This document shows, in pieces, positions 1-15,871 of a stretch of DNA of 64,000 nt; the first letter of the stretch is position 1; the number at the start of each line of letters is the position of its first letter. The position numbers and the translations under genes were made by a program. This DNA is from Eledone cirrhosa. Taxonomy: Eukaryota. Below the pieces are notes generated by a model. The model did no database searches. It was not told where the DNA came from and saw only the letters and a program-made list of their open reading frames with translations. Location: the NCBI GenBank assembly GCA_964016885.1, contig OZ024754.1, forward strand, positions 33,170,001 through 33,234,000, given 5' to 3'.

Positions 1-65
1 GTCACAGCGCATGCGCTACATAGGTGAAGAGAAAAACAGGATCAAACAATGATGCAAAGAGGACA

Positions 66-1741
<1,676 letters not shown>

Positions 1742-2068
1742 ACGTGAGAAACCGAGAGAGAGAGAGAGAAAGAGGGGGAGGGAGAGAGGGGGGTGAGATA
1801 GGAAGAGAAAGAGAGAGAGAGAGAGAGAGGAAGAGAGAGAGAGATATGTATTATATACATATCCAGAGGAGAGAGACAGGACGAGTGAAACTATCGAAAG
1901 AAAAGCACGGACGATGAAAGTGTTACAAAAATAGATGTTGTTAAAGAGAAGATAAAAAATGTCGGATATTGCTTGTATCGTCTGCTTTGTGTTATATTTT
2001 GTTATATTTCATGGTCACAATAGTAAGACGGACAGATAAGGTATATGATGAGGAAGGAGGGGGGTCTT

Positions 2069-2185
2069 GGTGGTGGTGGTGGTGGTGGTGGTGGTGGTGG
2101 TGTGTTGGAGGTGGTGGTGGTTCGTGGTGGTGTGGTGGTGGTGCTGGTGGTGTGTTGGAGGTGGTGGTTCGTGGTGGTGTGGTGG

Positions 2186-2216
<31 letters not shown>

Positions 2217-3520
2217 GGTGTGTGTTGGAGGTGGTGGTTCGTGGTGGTGGTGGCGTTGATGGTGGTGGTTGTGGTGGTTGTGGTAGTAGTGGTGGTGGTG
2301 GTGGAGAGGAAGAAGACGAAGAAGAAGAAGAAGAAGAAGGAAAAGAAACAGAAGAGGAAATGAAGAAGGAAAAGAAGAAGAATAACAACAACAACAACCA
2401 CAACAACAACAACAAGATGATGACGATGATGATGATGATTAATAGGCGGTTTAAATTCGTTGTTGGATTCGTCCCTAGTAATCATTGAAGTTATTGCGAG
2501 GGTAAGACCCCGATTTTGAAAAGGGACCCAGCTCCTCCCCCTGTCTTTTAATGTTTTGCGTTTGTATGGTGGTGGTGGTGGTGGTGTAGTGGTGGTGGTG
2601 GTGGTGGTGGTGGTGGTGGTGGTAGTGGTGGTGTAGTGGTGGTGGTGTGGTAGTGGTGGTGGTGTAGTGGTGGTGGTAGTGGTGGTGGTGGTGGTGGTGG
2701 TGGTGGTGGTGGTAGTGGTGGTGGTGTAGTGGTGGTGGTGGTGGTGTAGTGGTGGTGGTGTAGTGGTGGTGGTGTAGTGGTGGTGGTGTGGTAGTGGTGG
2801 TGGTGGTGGTGGTGGTGGTGTTGGTGTTCGTGGTGGTGTAGTGGTTGTTGGTGTTGGTGTTAGTTGTCATGCTGGGGAGGTGAATGTGGTGGTTGTAGTG
2901 ATGGTGGTGGTGGGGATATTGGTGGTTGTGGTTGTGGTGCTGATGGTAGTGATGGTGTTGGTGATGGTGGTTTTGATGGTGGTGGTGATGACAGTGGTGG
3001 TAGTGATGGTGGTTGTGATGGTAGTGGTGATGACTGTGGTGGTAGTGATGGTGATGGTGGTGATGACTGTGGTGGTAGTGATGGTGGTTGTGATGGTGGT
3101 TGTGATGGTAGTGGTGATGACTGTGGTGGTAGTGATGGTGGTGGTGGTGATGACTGTGGTGGTTGTGATGGTAGTGGTTGTGATGACATCGGTGGTAGTG
3201 ATGGTGGTTGTGATGGTGGTTGTGATGGTGGTTGTGATGGTGGTTGTGATGGTGGTTGTGATGGTGGTAGTGATGGTAGTGGTGGTGATGACGTCGGTGG
3301 TAGTGATGGTGGTTGTGATGGTGGTTGTGATGGTAGTGGTGATGGTGGTTGTGATGGTGGTTGTGATGGTAGTGGTGGTGATGACATTGGTGATAGTGAT
3401 TGTAGTGGTGATGGTGGTAGTGATGATGTTGGTGATGGTGGTGGTAATGGTTGTGATGACAGTGGTGGTAGTGATGGTGTTGGGGGCGATATTGGTGATG
3501 GCAATGATGGTGGGAGTGTC
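2069..3520. repeat. Degenerate (GGT)n / GGT-AGT-GAT-TGT trinucleotide low-complexity region with GAA and CAA runs
   Basis: Visible triplet periodicity with recurring units such as GTGATGGTGGTT; long ORFs in several frames on both strands. Confidence 0.95.
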
Positions 3521-3673
3521 AATGGTATGGAAAAAAAGGATGCTGTGTCTTATTTGTGGGTTTAAAACAGTCTCGTTCATGGCCGGGGGGCAGGGGCAGG
3601 GGTCGAACAAATAGAAAAACAACTACAAGAACAATATAAACAAAAATATCAGCTTGATGTGAATGTGTTTATA

Positions 3674-3718
<45 letters not shown>

Positions 3719-3945
3719 TGTAGGTATACATATATACACACATAGATACATACTCTCATATAGCTACATATATACGTGCACACATGTGCACGTATTCGTA
3801 TATATATACATATATATGTATATATCATGTAAGTATACATATATTACGTATATACACACATAGGTACATACACACATGTATCTACATATGCATGTGCACA
3901 CACATGCACGTATCCGTATTTATACATATATGTATATATATATAT

Positions 3946-4051
<106 letters not shown>

Positions 4052-4058
4052 GTATATA

Positions 4059-4151
<93 letters not shown>

Positions 4152-4162
4152 GTATATATATT

Positions 4163-4266
<104 letters not shown>

Positions 4267-4403
4267 CAGAAGGGATATTCAATTTGTTGGTAATTCAACA
4301 AATATAAATGTTTATAACTGATTCAGAGCACTCGACAGATTTCTGGACTATAATATTCATTGATATTATATAAATGGAAACTATATTTATAAAACCATAT
4401 TTA

Positions 4404-4461
4404 TTCTATTATATATATTTCAAGGGTACCAAAAACTTTGGTGCGCCGTCATCAGATAAAA
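4404..4461 (-). ncRNA. Minimal type-I hammerhead ribozyme motif (family A)
   Basis: Minus strand reads UUUUAU-CUGAUGA-CGGCGCACCAAAGUUUUUGGUACCCUU-GAAA-UAUAUA-UA-AUAGAA: intact core, stem I, imperfect stem II, palindromic stem III. Confidence 0.7.
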
Positions 4462-4549
4462 TACAAAGTTTGTTTTATAAACAAGTTTGTTTTATAACCA
4501 AGGAAAACTTTAACCGTTAAGGTATCTTTTATTTATAAAACAAACTTTA

Positions 4550-4612
4550 TATTATCTGATGAAAGTGTACCAAAGTTTTTGGTAACCACCCTTGAAATAT
4601 ATATAATAGAAT
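4550..4612 (+). ncRNA. Minimal type-I hammerhead ribozyme motif (family A)
   Basis: CTGATGA 4556-4562, stem II AAG..TACCAAAG/TTTTGGTA..CTT, GAAA 4594-4597, TATATA, TA, ATAGA. Confidence 0.65.
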
Positions 4613-4639
4613 AAATATGGTTTATATATATATATGGTG

Positions 4640-4670
<31 letters not shown>

Positions 4671-4714
4671 ATATATTTATATATATAAATATATATATAT
4701 ATATTTATATATAT

Positions 4715-4759
<45 letters not shown>

Positions 4760-4844
4760 ACAATAGATATATATATATATACACATATATGTATAAATAT
4801 ATATATATCTATATATATATATATATATATATATAAATACATAA

Positions 4845-4996
4845 TCGGAGAAAGCTAATAGCGATACTCCGGCCAAATTCCAACTCACTCAACAAACATT
4901 ACGAAATACCTGAGTATATTCCTAATTAAACGTTCGGGGTGCTAACTAATTGTATTGTGTAGAAAATTGGCTGTATCATTTCATATGACATATATC
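4845..4996. repeat. Dispersed repeat adjacent to (TA)n; second copy at about 39936-40095
   Basis: Shared ATCGGAGAAAGCT..TAGCGATACTCCGGCCAAATTCCAACTCACTCAACAAACATTA..GAAATA; both copies start right after a TA tract. Confidence 0.85.
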
Positions 4997-5001
4997 AAAT
5001 A

Positions 5002-5044
<43 letters not shown>

Positions 5045-5100
5045 GAAAAAGTGAAGGACCACCAAAAGGTATCCAAAAGGTATCCAAAAGGTATCCAAAA

Positions 5101-5155
<55 letters not shown>

Positions 5156-5164
5156 TTTATAGAT

Positions 5165-5290
5165 GAAATCATCTGAATGAAACAGTACTAGTCCTGTAGA
5201 AGCTCCTTCTATAAAATAAATATTTTTTACTCTGCCATGTATTGAGTACCTTACTTACTGTGGTTATCCCCGACTCAACCCGGGACCTAC
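5165..5290 (+). mobile_element. Family C short TA-inserted element fragment (other copies 33501-33562, 37280-37467)
   Basis: GAATGAAACAGT.CTAGTCCTGTAGAAGC shared with 37354 onward; tail TACTCTGC.ATGTATTGAGTA...TGTGGTTA...AACCCGG shared by all three. Confidence 0.75.
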
Positions 5291-5291
5291 G

Positions 5292-5324
<33 letters not shown>

Positions 5325-5691
5325 TATTTTGTATATGTATATATAGGTTGTTAGGTAAGGGGAATATATACCTGTGTGGTGAGCTGTCTGAAATATAAAC
5401 TGGATCGGAGCAGTATCAACTAGACATGAGCTGAACAAGAGAAAAGAACATCTATGATGTCTTTAGATGTAGTATGACTATTATGTAGTCAATGGAAAGA
5501 TCTAGTCGAGCCCCAGCGACAATATGAACAGTAAGGGTAACAACGAGAGAAGGACAAATACAACACTTTGAAATCTGTTATTGGTAGACAATCATAAATA
5601 TACGTGTGAAGAGTGTCTGTTAGTGTTGAGGAAAGGTCTGTTTAAACACGTCCCCTTATTCAGTCTGATGTCTTGTTGTGTTAGGGATATT

Positions 5692-5739
<48 letters not shown>

Positions 5740-6015
5740 ACTCTCCCTCTCCCTCCTTCTTCTTTATTTCAATACACATACACGTACACACGCGCACACA
5801 CACATATATATAAATATATATATATATATGTATATATATATAGTATAAAAGAGAAAACACAGGTAAGCATTAAGAGAAGGATTTTATCCAGGTATTTACG
5901 ACCGTTTCTCTAACTATATATATATAGTAATAATAATAAGATTAATACTTATATAAGTTTAATAAACAATTATAAATATGGCGGGTAGTACTAAGAACTA
6001 GCCAGCTATATATAT

Positions 6016-6111
<96 letters not shown>

Positions 6112-6384
6112 AGTTAAGAACTCAGCGTAGTCTCTTACAATTAAATAGCTCTAAGAAAAAAGCTTTTCCGAGCCGTACAATATAATTGAATAAACAAGAG
6201 AGATGAACACTAATATAAACATACATGTGTTTGAATCGTAAGGACCAAATTTGCTAGGGTGAAACAATACTAACTACAGCAATATGGTTTGTTATCCTTA
6301 ACTTTAAATATTAAATTAAGAAAAATTAAGAAAAAAAATATATATATATATAATAAATGTAATCTGAGTTTTTCGAATATTAAT

Positions 6385-6772
6385 AATTGTTTCTACTTTT
6401 GGCACAAGACCAGCAATTATCTCAGTGTGTTTCTGGTACTTTATTTCATCAACCCCCGTAAGGCAAAATTAATCTCGGTGGGATTTGAACTCAGAACATA
6501 AAGGGTCGTAACTCTATGCGTTAAAGAATCGCGTCCGACCCTCTACCGATACTGCCAATCCACCACCCTATTTTTCGAATATCAGTAATTGTTTCTACGT
6601 TAGGCACAAGGCCAGCAATTACCCAGTGCATTACTGGTACTTTATTTTATCGACCCCGTAAGGATGAAAGGCAAAGTCAACCTCGGCGGGATTTGAACTC
6701 AGATCGTAAAGGGACGTAACTATGCTGGAAAGCATGGCGTCCGACCCTCTACCGATACTGCCAATCCACCGC
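6385..6772 (-). mobile_element. Two tandem copies of tRNA-derived SINE family 1 (6385-6568, 6587-6772)
   Basis: Reverse complement shows A-box TGGCAGTATCGG, B-box GAGTTCAAATCC, body GCCTTTCATCCTTACGGGGTCGATAAAATAAAGTACCAG and tail AGAAACAATTA. Confidence 0.92.
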
Positions 6773-6773
6773 T

Positions 6774-6962
6774 ACTCTTCGATTCGTTTGCAATTATGCA
6801 AACTGCCTTTTTTTAAAAGTCATGTCAGTAGAATGAGCCCCTCATTGTTGCTCTAGTGTTGGCATGTAAACACAAGAGTAAGAATGAGGGGCCCATTCTA
6901 CTGACATGGCTTTAAAACAGAAAAATGAGGCTGTTTGCATAATTGCAAAGGAATCGAAAAGT
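6774..6962. mobile_element. MITE-like element with ~75 bp imperfect terminal inverted repeats
   Basis: 6774-6846 (TTCGATTCGTTTGCAATTATGCAAAC..CATGTCAGTAGAATGAGCCCCTCATT) is inverted at 6883-6962. Confidence 0.6.
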
Positions 6963-6994
6963 ATTGTTAATATTCGGTGGATTGGCAGTATATA

Positions 6995-7033
<39 letters not shown>

Positions 7034-7119
7034 CTGTGTGTACATATATGTATATAGATCGTTGGGGTAACATTTCACAAACATACGTACTTTTAAACAT
7101 ACATACATGCGCACGTGTG

Positions 7120-7288
<169 letters not shown>

Positions 7289-7436
7289 GTGTGTGTGTAT
7301 ATATGTATGTATGTTCCTATGTATGTATACATGTATGAATGTATGTATATATGTATGTATGTATGTATGTATGTGTATGTACGTATGTATGTATGTATGT
7401 ATATATGTATGAATATTTGTATTAAGTATATATAAG

Positions 7437-7522
<86 letters not shown>

Positions 7523-7582
7523 TGCGTGTGTAAACTCATACGACTATAGATGACCGTGTTTGTTGAAACTACATATATTCCT

Positions 7583-7793
7583 GCATCTACATACACATAC
7601 ACATCTACATCTACATACACATACACATCTACATTCACATACACATACACATCTACATAACATACACATCTACATACACATACACATACACATCTACATA
7701 CACATACACATCTACATCTACATACACATCTACATACACATACACATACACATCTACATACACATACACATCTACATACACATACACATCTAC

Positions 7794-7824
<31 letters not shown>

Positions 7825-7954
7825 TCTACATCTACATACACATCTACATACACATTCACATACACATACACATCTACATACACATACACATACACATACA
7901 CATCTACATCTACATACACATCTACATACACATCTACATACACATACACATACA
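7583..7954. repeat. Hexamer microsatellite (CATACA/CATCTA)n
   Basis: Visible alternating hexamers. Confidence 0.95.
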
Positions 7955-8364
7955 TTAACACCGCCTCACTCCAAACGAACACAATTACATACATGTGATT
8001 GTGTTTGCCTTTTTAGCCGCAGGGCTTCTCTGAAAAAAAAAGGGGCCACATCCAACTCAAGTATCTGGCCCCTCCCTCCAATCTAACCCCGACGCTAGTG
8101 AGTGGAGGTTTGCCCACCCTCATCTAAGTCTTTTATTAGGGGTATCCACCATTGTGTTTGTGTTTTGTCTCTTTTCACAGAAATCTGCTCTTTGAGCTAC
8201 GCTTGAGTAAGTTTCGAGAAAAGATTACACTATGTACATGAGAAAAGACACAAACGCCTATCTAAATGCGAAGAGACAGAGGAGTATATTATATATATAT
8301 GTATATATGTGTGTGTATATATGTGCGTGTGTATATTTTATTTATGTGTATATTTATATATATA

Positions 8365-8745
8365 TGGTGGCTGCCAACTCGTTTTCGAGTATGGCCACTA
8401 CTTTATACCGATGCGCTGAACGAATGTGACTTTAGTCCAGCCAGCGACTTGAAAACTCTGGTACAAACACTACACTTGTGACAATTATTGACACATAGTG
8501 CTGGGGCCATGGTACCATGTGACGACAAGTGCAGAGAGATCTCCAGATATAAAGCAATGCCTGTGCCGTGAGCTTTTATAGTGAGCAAAGGCACTGCACA
8601 AAGCCAGTCCCACTCTCTTAACCAAGATGATATTTACCAAAAAGAAGAACAAGTCAACATCATTGGATACCATCAGGGTTGCAGGTGTTATATCAGAGTT
8701 TTGCTTCTCCTAGAATTCTGCCTTGACAAAGGCTAAGGGGTCATT
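8365..8745 (-). mobile_element. 5'-truncated copy of an RTE-derived non-autonomous element (longer copy at 25348-25954)
   Basis: Reverse complement closely matches 25552-25951, including the CSVCTRVFKSLAGLKSH zinc-finger remnant. Confidence 0.8.
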
Positions 8746-8986
8746 TAATCTACATCTATATATATGCACGCACACTCAATCACACATACACAAACATAGA
8801 CATATATTAATATATACACACACACATATATATGTATATATATGTATATATGTGTGTGTATATATATGTGTGTGTATATATGTGCGTGTGTATATTTTAT
8901 TTATGTGTATATTTATATATATATATGTGTGTGTACATTATATAGATACACACACACGTATATATATATCTATATCTATCTATCTA

Positions 8987-9029
<43 letters not shown>

Positions 9030-9141
9030 ATATAATCTACATCTATATATATGCACGCACACTCACTCACACACATACACAAACATAGATATATATTAAT
9101 ATATACACACACCACACACACACATATATATATATGTATAT

Positions 9142-9340
9142 ATAGGAACCAGTAAGACCCCGACAGCTGAGCTCAAGCCGTTTCGACGGCTAATTCTGGA
9201 CAGTCCAGAATTAGCCGTCGAAACGGCTTGAGCTCAGCTGTCGGGGTCTTACTGGTTCCTATTACCCACTCTACTACCTCAAGTATTGAGTACTTTGGTG
9301 CGTTATGGTCCACCTGGTTCCTTACCACATTTCCTTCGTT
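9142..9340 (+). mobile_element. Family E fold-back element: 121-bp palindrome (9142-9262) plus tail, inserted in TA-rich microsatellite
   Basis: 60-bp perfect arms around A9202; tail CCACTCTACTACCTCAAGTATTGAGTACTTTGGTGCGTTATGGTCC. Four more copies in the window. Confidence 0.85.
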
Positions 9341-9431
9341 ATATGTATATATATATACATATATATATATATATACATATACATATACATATACACACAC
9401 AGACTAACGCACACACGCACTGACAGAGATG

Positions 9432-9462
<31 letters not shown>

Positions 9463-9665
9463 TTATGTGTGTGCGTGTGTGTGTTTATGAGTGTATGTGA
9501 GTATTCCAAACCCACCGTTTGTCAATGAAAGAGGTAGATAATACTCAATACATGGCGTAAAATATATTATTTCAACTAAAATCGTTTTCTTTCGGTTCTC
9601 CAGTTTCACGGCTCTGTCGTCTTTCTCCGTGAACTATTGTGTTTCGGCATTCGGTCACACACTGG

Positions 9666-9701
<36 letters not shown>

Positions 9702-9708
9702 GCACACA

Positions 9709-9778
<70 letters not shown>

Positions 9779-10102
9779 AACACACACACACTCACACACA
9801 AACACACACATACACATATGCACACACTCACACACACACACACACACTCACAAACACACACACACTAACACACACACAGATATATGCACACACTCACACA
9901 CATACACTCACAAACACACACACACAAACACATACATATGCACACACTCACACACACCCACACACACACACATACATGCACACACTCACACTCACACACT
10001 CACAAACACACACAGACTCACAAACACACACACACATATATGCACACACTCACACACATACACTCACAAACACACACACACAAACACATACACATGCACA
10101 CA

Positions 10103-10147
<45 letters not shown>

Positions 10148-10482
10148 TCACACATGCACACACTCACACTCACACTCACACTCACACACTCACAAACACT
10201 CACAAACACACACAAACATATGCACACACTCACAAACATACACACACACATAAACATATACAGACTCTCACACACACACTCACACATACATATATATTTA
10301 TGTTTGAACGTGTGTGTTTATCAGTCTATGTGGGCGTACGTACATATATACACATACACACAAACACACTCATACACTCACACGTTTATATTTATATATT
10401 TATATATGTATGTGTGTGTTTATCTGACTGCGTGTGTACGTGCAAGTTTGTGTATGCGTACGTACATATATACACTCACACT

Positions 10483-10538
<56 letters not shown>

Positions 10539-10677
10539 ATGGTTAAGCAAATTTCAATGAATAAATCAAAGAATAAAGTTTTACAATAGATTAGAAGCAC
10601 TCAACAGTTGGTTTTTCGGAGTTATTAATATTAATTCAAAATATTAACAAAAATAGACATTCGTGTGATCAAGTAGA

Positions 10678-10740
10678 TTTTATTATACATATTTCTGAGG
10701 TACTGAGCTATCTTCAACAGTACGTCCTCATCAGATACAA
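10678..10740 (-). ncRNA. Hammerhead ribozyme motif (family B)
   Basis: UUGUAU-CUGAUGA-GGACGUACUG..CAGUACCUCA-GAAA-UAUGUA-UA-AUAAAA. Confidence 0.68.
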
Positions 10741-10767
10741 TTAGTCAGGGTATGTCATGCATCATCT

Positions 10768-10834
10768 TATTTTATCTGATGAGGACGTACTATTGAAGAT
10801 AGCTCAGTACCTTTGAAATATGTATAATACAATA
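10768..10834 (+). ncRNA. Hammerhead ribozyme motif (family B)
   Basis: TATTTTAT, CTGATGA 10776-10782, GGACGTACT..AGTACCTTT, GAAA 10815-10818, TATGTA, TA, ATACAATA. Confidence 0.72.
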
Positions 10835-10877
10835 TACTTGATCGCACGAATGTCTATTTTTGTTAATATTTTGAATT

Positions 10878-11024
<147 letters not shown>

Positions 11025-11056
11025 TGTACTCAGCCATGTAGAGAGATAAACGATTT

Positions 11057-11131
<75 letters not shown>

Positions 11132-11172
11132 TTCAAAATATTAACAAAAATAGACATTCGTGTGATCAAGTA

Positions 11173-11239
11173 TATTTTATTATACACATTTCAGAGGTAC
11201 TGAGCTATCTTCAACAGTACGTCCTCATCAGATAAAATA
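11173..11239 (-). ncRNA. Hammerhead ribozyme motif (family B)
   Basis: UAUUUUAU-CUGAUGA-GGA C GUACUG..CAGUAC C UCU-GAAA-UGUGUA-UA-AUAAAAUA, with a perfect 8-bp stem I. Confidence 0.8.
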
Positions 11240-11674
11240 AGATGATGCATGAGAGACCAGACGATTTGAACACATATATGTATATATCTGTGTTTATCTA
11301 TATATATATATATATATATATAAGTAATTAATATCTAGCATTAAACCGGCAAATCAAGCTGATAATTTAAAAATTAATTATTTATGACAGCCAATATTGA
11401 TGATGCAAAATATTACAACAAATGCCTGAACGCAATTTTCGCATAATAGAGTAGAAGATATCAGTAATGAACTGGGGTCGATTTAATCGACTTACCCTCT
11501 CCCCCTCCCCCCGAATTGCTGCCCTTGTGCCTAAATAAAGACGATTATAATGTCGTAACCAACAAATTACTCAGATCAAGTGGGATAAGCTAAACAGGAG
11601 GAAAAGCATTTTTTATGATGAGAGGGAAAGCGAGGAGTGACAGAGGAGTGAATAAGAGAGGGAGAAAAAGGAAT

Positions 11675-11726
<52 letters not shown>

Positions 11727-11785
11727 GTGTGAATGAAGAGAGGGGAGTGAATGAGAGAGAAAGAGGGGAAGGAATGAGAGAGGAT

Positions 11786-11823
<38 letters not shown>

Positions 11824-12240
11824 TGTAGAAAGAGAAAGGGAGAGACATAGAGATACAGACAGGCAGAGGGGGGGGTGAGATAGAGATTGTAGGAAGAGAG
11901 ACAGACAGAGATAGAGGAGGGGGGGAGACAGTGTTGAGAGAAAGACAGAGTGAGAGAGAGACAAACACAGACAGAGAAAGAGGGAAACAGAGAGAGAGAC
12001 AGACTGACACAAAGATAAATAAATGGAGAGAGAGAGACAAAGACAGTCACAGAGAGAGAGGCCGGAGACAGAGATAGATACAATGAGAGAGAGAGAAAGA
12101 GAAATAGAGAAAGAATGTGATCATGAAAGCGAGTGAAAGAGGGAAATATATTGACATAAAATGTCAATTTGTGACTCTTCTTTGATACACACACACACAC
12201 GCACGCACACACACACACATATATATATATATATGTTTAC

Positions 12241-12273
<33 letters not shown>

Positions 12274-12330
12274 GATATATATACATATATATACACACAT
12301 ACATACATACATATATACCTACATACATAT

Positions 12331-12371
<41 letters not shown>

Positions 12372-13010
12372 TACATATATATAAATACATACATATATAC
12401 ATATATAATACATAGATACATACATACATAAAGACATACATATATACATACATATATACAAACATACACATATATATATATATATATATACGTATATACA
12501 TAGATAAATACATATACACATATGTATATATATATATACATGCATACACACAGACATACAGAGATACATACAAACACTAACACAAAGACATACACATACA
12601 CACAAACATAAACACACACGCACATACACAAACATAAACACATACACAATCAAATGCATGCCTGTTCTCACACAAAATAAAAGCACAAAGAAACACGCTA
12701 ACACACACATAAACAGACATAAACACATACAAATATAGCAAACATACACACGGACACACATACATACATATATATACACAAACAACCAAGTATATACACA
12801 CGCACATAAATACACACTCATACACAGACATACTGATATATATACACTGACACAAACAACCAAACACGGTTCCGTTGTCGGCCATTTTGATTTTCCGGTT
12901 CACCAGTTTAACCATTCCGACATTCGTAACGGCCAGAAAACAAAAAATGATATCCATTACGGCTCTTTTTTCTTATTCATGTAGTAGTAGCAGCAGCAGC
13001 AGCAGCAGTC

Positions 13011-13062
<52 letters not shown>

Positions 13063-13075
13063 CGGCAGCAGCAGC

Positions 13076-13113
<38 letters not shown>

Positions 13114-13203
13114 CGGCAGAAATAGAAGTAGTAGTAGCGGCAGCAGTGGCAGTAGTAGTATAAGTAGTAGTAGTAATAATAGTAGTAGTAGTAGTAGTAA
13201 TAA

Positions 13204-13251
<48 letters not shown>

Positions 13252-13311
13252 CGGCTGCAGTAGAAGTAGTAGTAGCGGGAGCGGCAGCAGCAGCAGTGGC
13301 AGTAGTAGTAT

Positions 13312-13358
<47 letters not shown>

Positions 13359-13425
13359 TTTGGACTCACAAAAAATGATAGTGGAAAGAAGTAAAAAAGA
13401 GAGACGCAAAGTAACAACAATAGTA

Positions 13426-13660
13426 GACACTGAGGAGGTCACAGAATGTGTGACGAAAGAGCTTTGAAAGTCAACAACGAAACAATTATCCAGTTATTAA
13501 ACTAATCGGCTGGAAAATTATAATAATAAATTAAAATGAAAAATACGAAGTCCATGTGTTCTTGGCAGCACGACCCTACCAAAGTATAACAATATCTGTT
13601 CCAACACACCTTTGCAGAGGAAAACATCTTGCTAAACTAATCAAGTGCGAAAACGAAATA
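13426..13660 (+). mobile_element. Diverged solo 3' end (pLTR) of the 55-59 kb PLE family, with hammerhead remnant
   Basis: CACTGAGGAGGTCACAGAATGTGTGACGAAAGA matches 58815-58847. TTGGCAGCACGACCCTACCAAAGTATAACAATATC..TCTTGCTAAAC..AAACGAAATATA matches 58982-59076. Confidence 0.82.
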
Positions 13661-13666
13661 TATCTA

Positions 13667-13703
<37 letters not shown>

Positions 13704-13715
13704 GTATGTATGTAT

Positions 13716-13804
<89 letters not shown>

Positions 13805-13827
13805 CATACACACATACACATACACAC

Positions 13828-13892
<65 letters not shown>

Positions 13893-14071
13893 ATGTATGT
13901 ATACATATATATATTTGCCTTTTTGTGGAATGTAATTTTACATGTTCATTTTTTATTTCATTACTTGTAACATTAACATTATCACAGAATAAGAAAATTA
14001 AAAAACAACATGGTGAATAGAACTATATATATACATATACATATATATATATATATAATATATATATATAC

Positions 14072-14108
<37 letters not shown>

Positions 14109-14142
14109 CATTATATATATATATATATATATATACATACAT

Positions 14143-14287
<145 letters not shown>

Positions 14288-14289
14288 AC

Positions 14290-14364
<75 letters not shown>

Positions 14365-14365
14365 C

Positions 14366-14498
<133 letters not shown>

Positions 14499-14545
14499 CA
14501 TATATATACATATATATAAATACATACATATATATATATATATAT

Positions 14546-14626
<81 letters not shown>

Positions 14627-14814
14627 CTATAAATATAAACATATATATCTAGTATGGTTCCAATGACCTTCCATTTCAAAAGACTAAAATATCCCGTCTC
14701 TACTTCTAGTTCTGAACCATGCGGAAAACTGACATTTTTCCTGTAATACAAGCCAACAACAACAACAATAAAAATAATAATAAAAATAATTTTTATTATT
14801 ATTATTATTTCTAA

Positions 14815-15190
14815 TATGGCCTCAAGGCCAGCAATTTAGGGCGAGGGGAAATTCGTTTAAATCGACCCCAGTGCATTATACAGCTGCATTATTTTATCGA
14901 CCCCGGGCGGTGGATTGGCAGTATCGGTAGATACTGCCAATCCACCGCCCGCTTTGACGCATAGAGTTACGGCCCTTGCCATTCTGAGTTCAAATCCCGC
15001 TGAGGTTAACTTTGCCTTTCATCCTTACGGGGTCGATAAAATAAAGTACCAGTAATGTACTGGGTAATTTCTGGCCTTGTGCCAATAGTAGAAACAATTA
15101 TTTTATCGACCCCGTAAGGGTGAACGACTAAGCTAACATCAGTGGGATTTGAACTCAGAACGCAAAGGGCCGTTGTCCTACGCTCCACCG
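14815..15190. mobile_element. Rearranged cluster of SINE family 1 pieces in both orientations
   Basis: Minus 3' part 14815-14905, head palindrome 14906-14949, plus body 14951-15100, minus 15100-15190. Confidence 0.85.
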
Positions 15191-15323
15191 ATTCTTAATC
15201 GGAATCCTTGTAAACTCTGCTACTCACAACAGACTATGGGACTTGAGAAAAATGACGATATCAATCTTAACAGGTTTAATATGTGAGATCTCAGAATATA
15301 ACCCGAAGAATTTGAAGAAGCTA

Positions 15324-15492
15324 TCGTATTTCCCGGCGCCGAAGACGCTTCGTGCTCGACGACGCACCCTAATTTTGACAACCAAAAATTTGAGAAAAAA
15401 ATAATAAACAGCCTTCGGCCTCCAGGACTCGTGGTAAATTTTTGAGACATATTTTAGGAAGAAAGTAACATCTTGGACGCCGGGAAATACGA
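15324..15492. mobile_element. Tc1/mariner-pogo-type MITE with TA target duplication
   Basis: TA|TCGTATTTCCCGGCG ... CGCCGGGAAATACGA|TA: perfect 15-bp TIRs flanked by TA. Confidence 0.85.
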
Positions 15493-15871
15493 TAAGTAGA
15501 ACAATCTTGTCACTATGGTAAAGTATTCACTATAGAAGGAACGAAAGAAAGATGGAAACAAGGAAAGAAAGAAAGAAAGAAAGTAGAAAGAAAGAAAGAG
15601 AGAATGGAAGAAATAAATAAAGAAAGTAGCAAAAGCCAATATTACGATTATCCAATGGTTTGACAACTGGAGATATCTGTGGGGGTCAACTGAGTATTGA
15701 AAGAAAGTATAAAAGGCCTGAGAAAAAAAGAGTCAGACCACAGAAGCGATGATGAAACAATATCTAGGAGGAGGTGTGAATGACTGGCACAGAATCAAGT
15801 CTAATGGATCTACACAGACATTACTATTGGCCAGTAAACGTAGTGAATAGCTCTACAGAAACCTCTCACCA

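Noticed and set aside
2841-3622. 220-257 aa Val/Met, Gly/Asp/Cys and Thr-rich ORFs that resemble structural or mucin proteins
   Set aside because: Long ORFs overlap in four frames on both strands because of triplet repeats; no splice or domain evidence.
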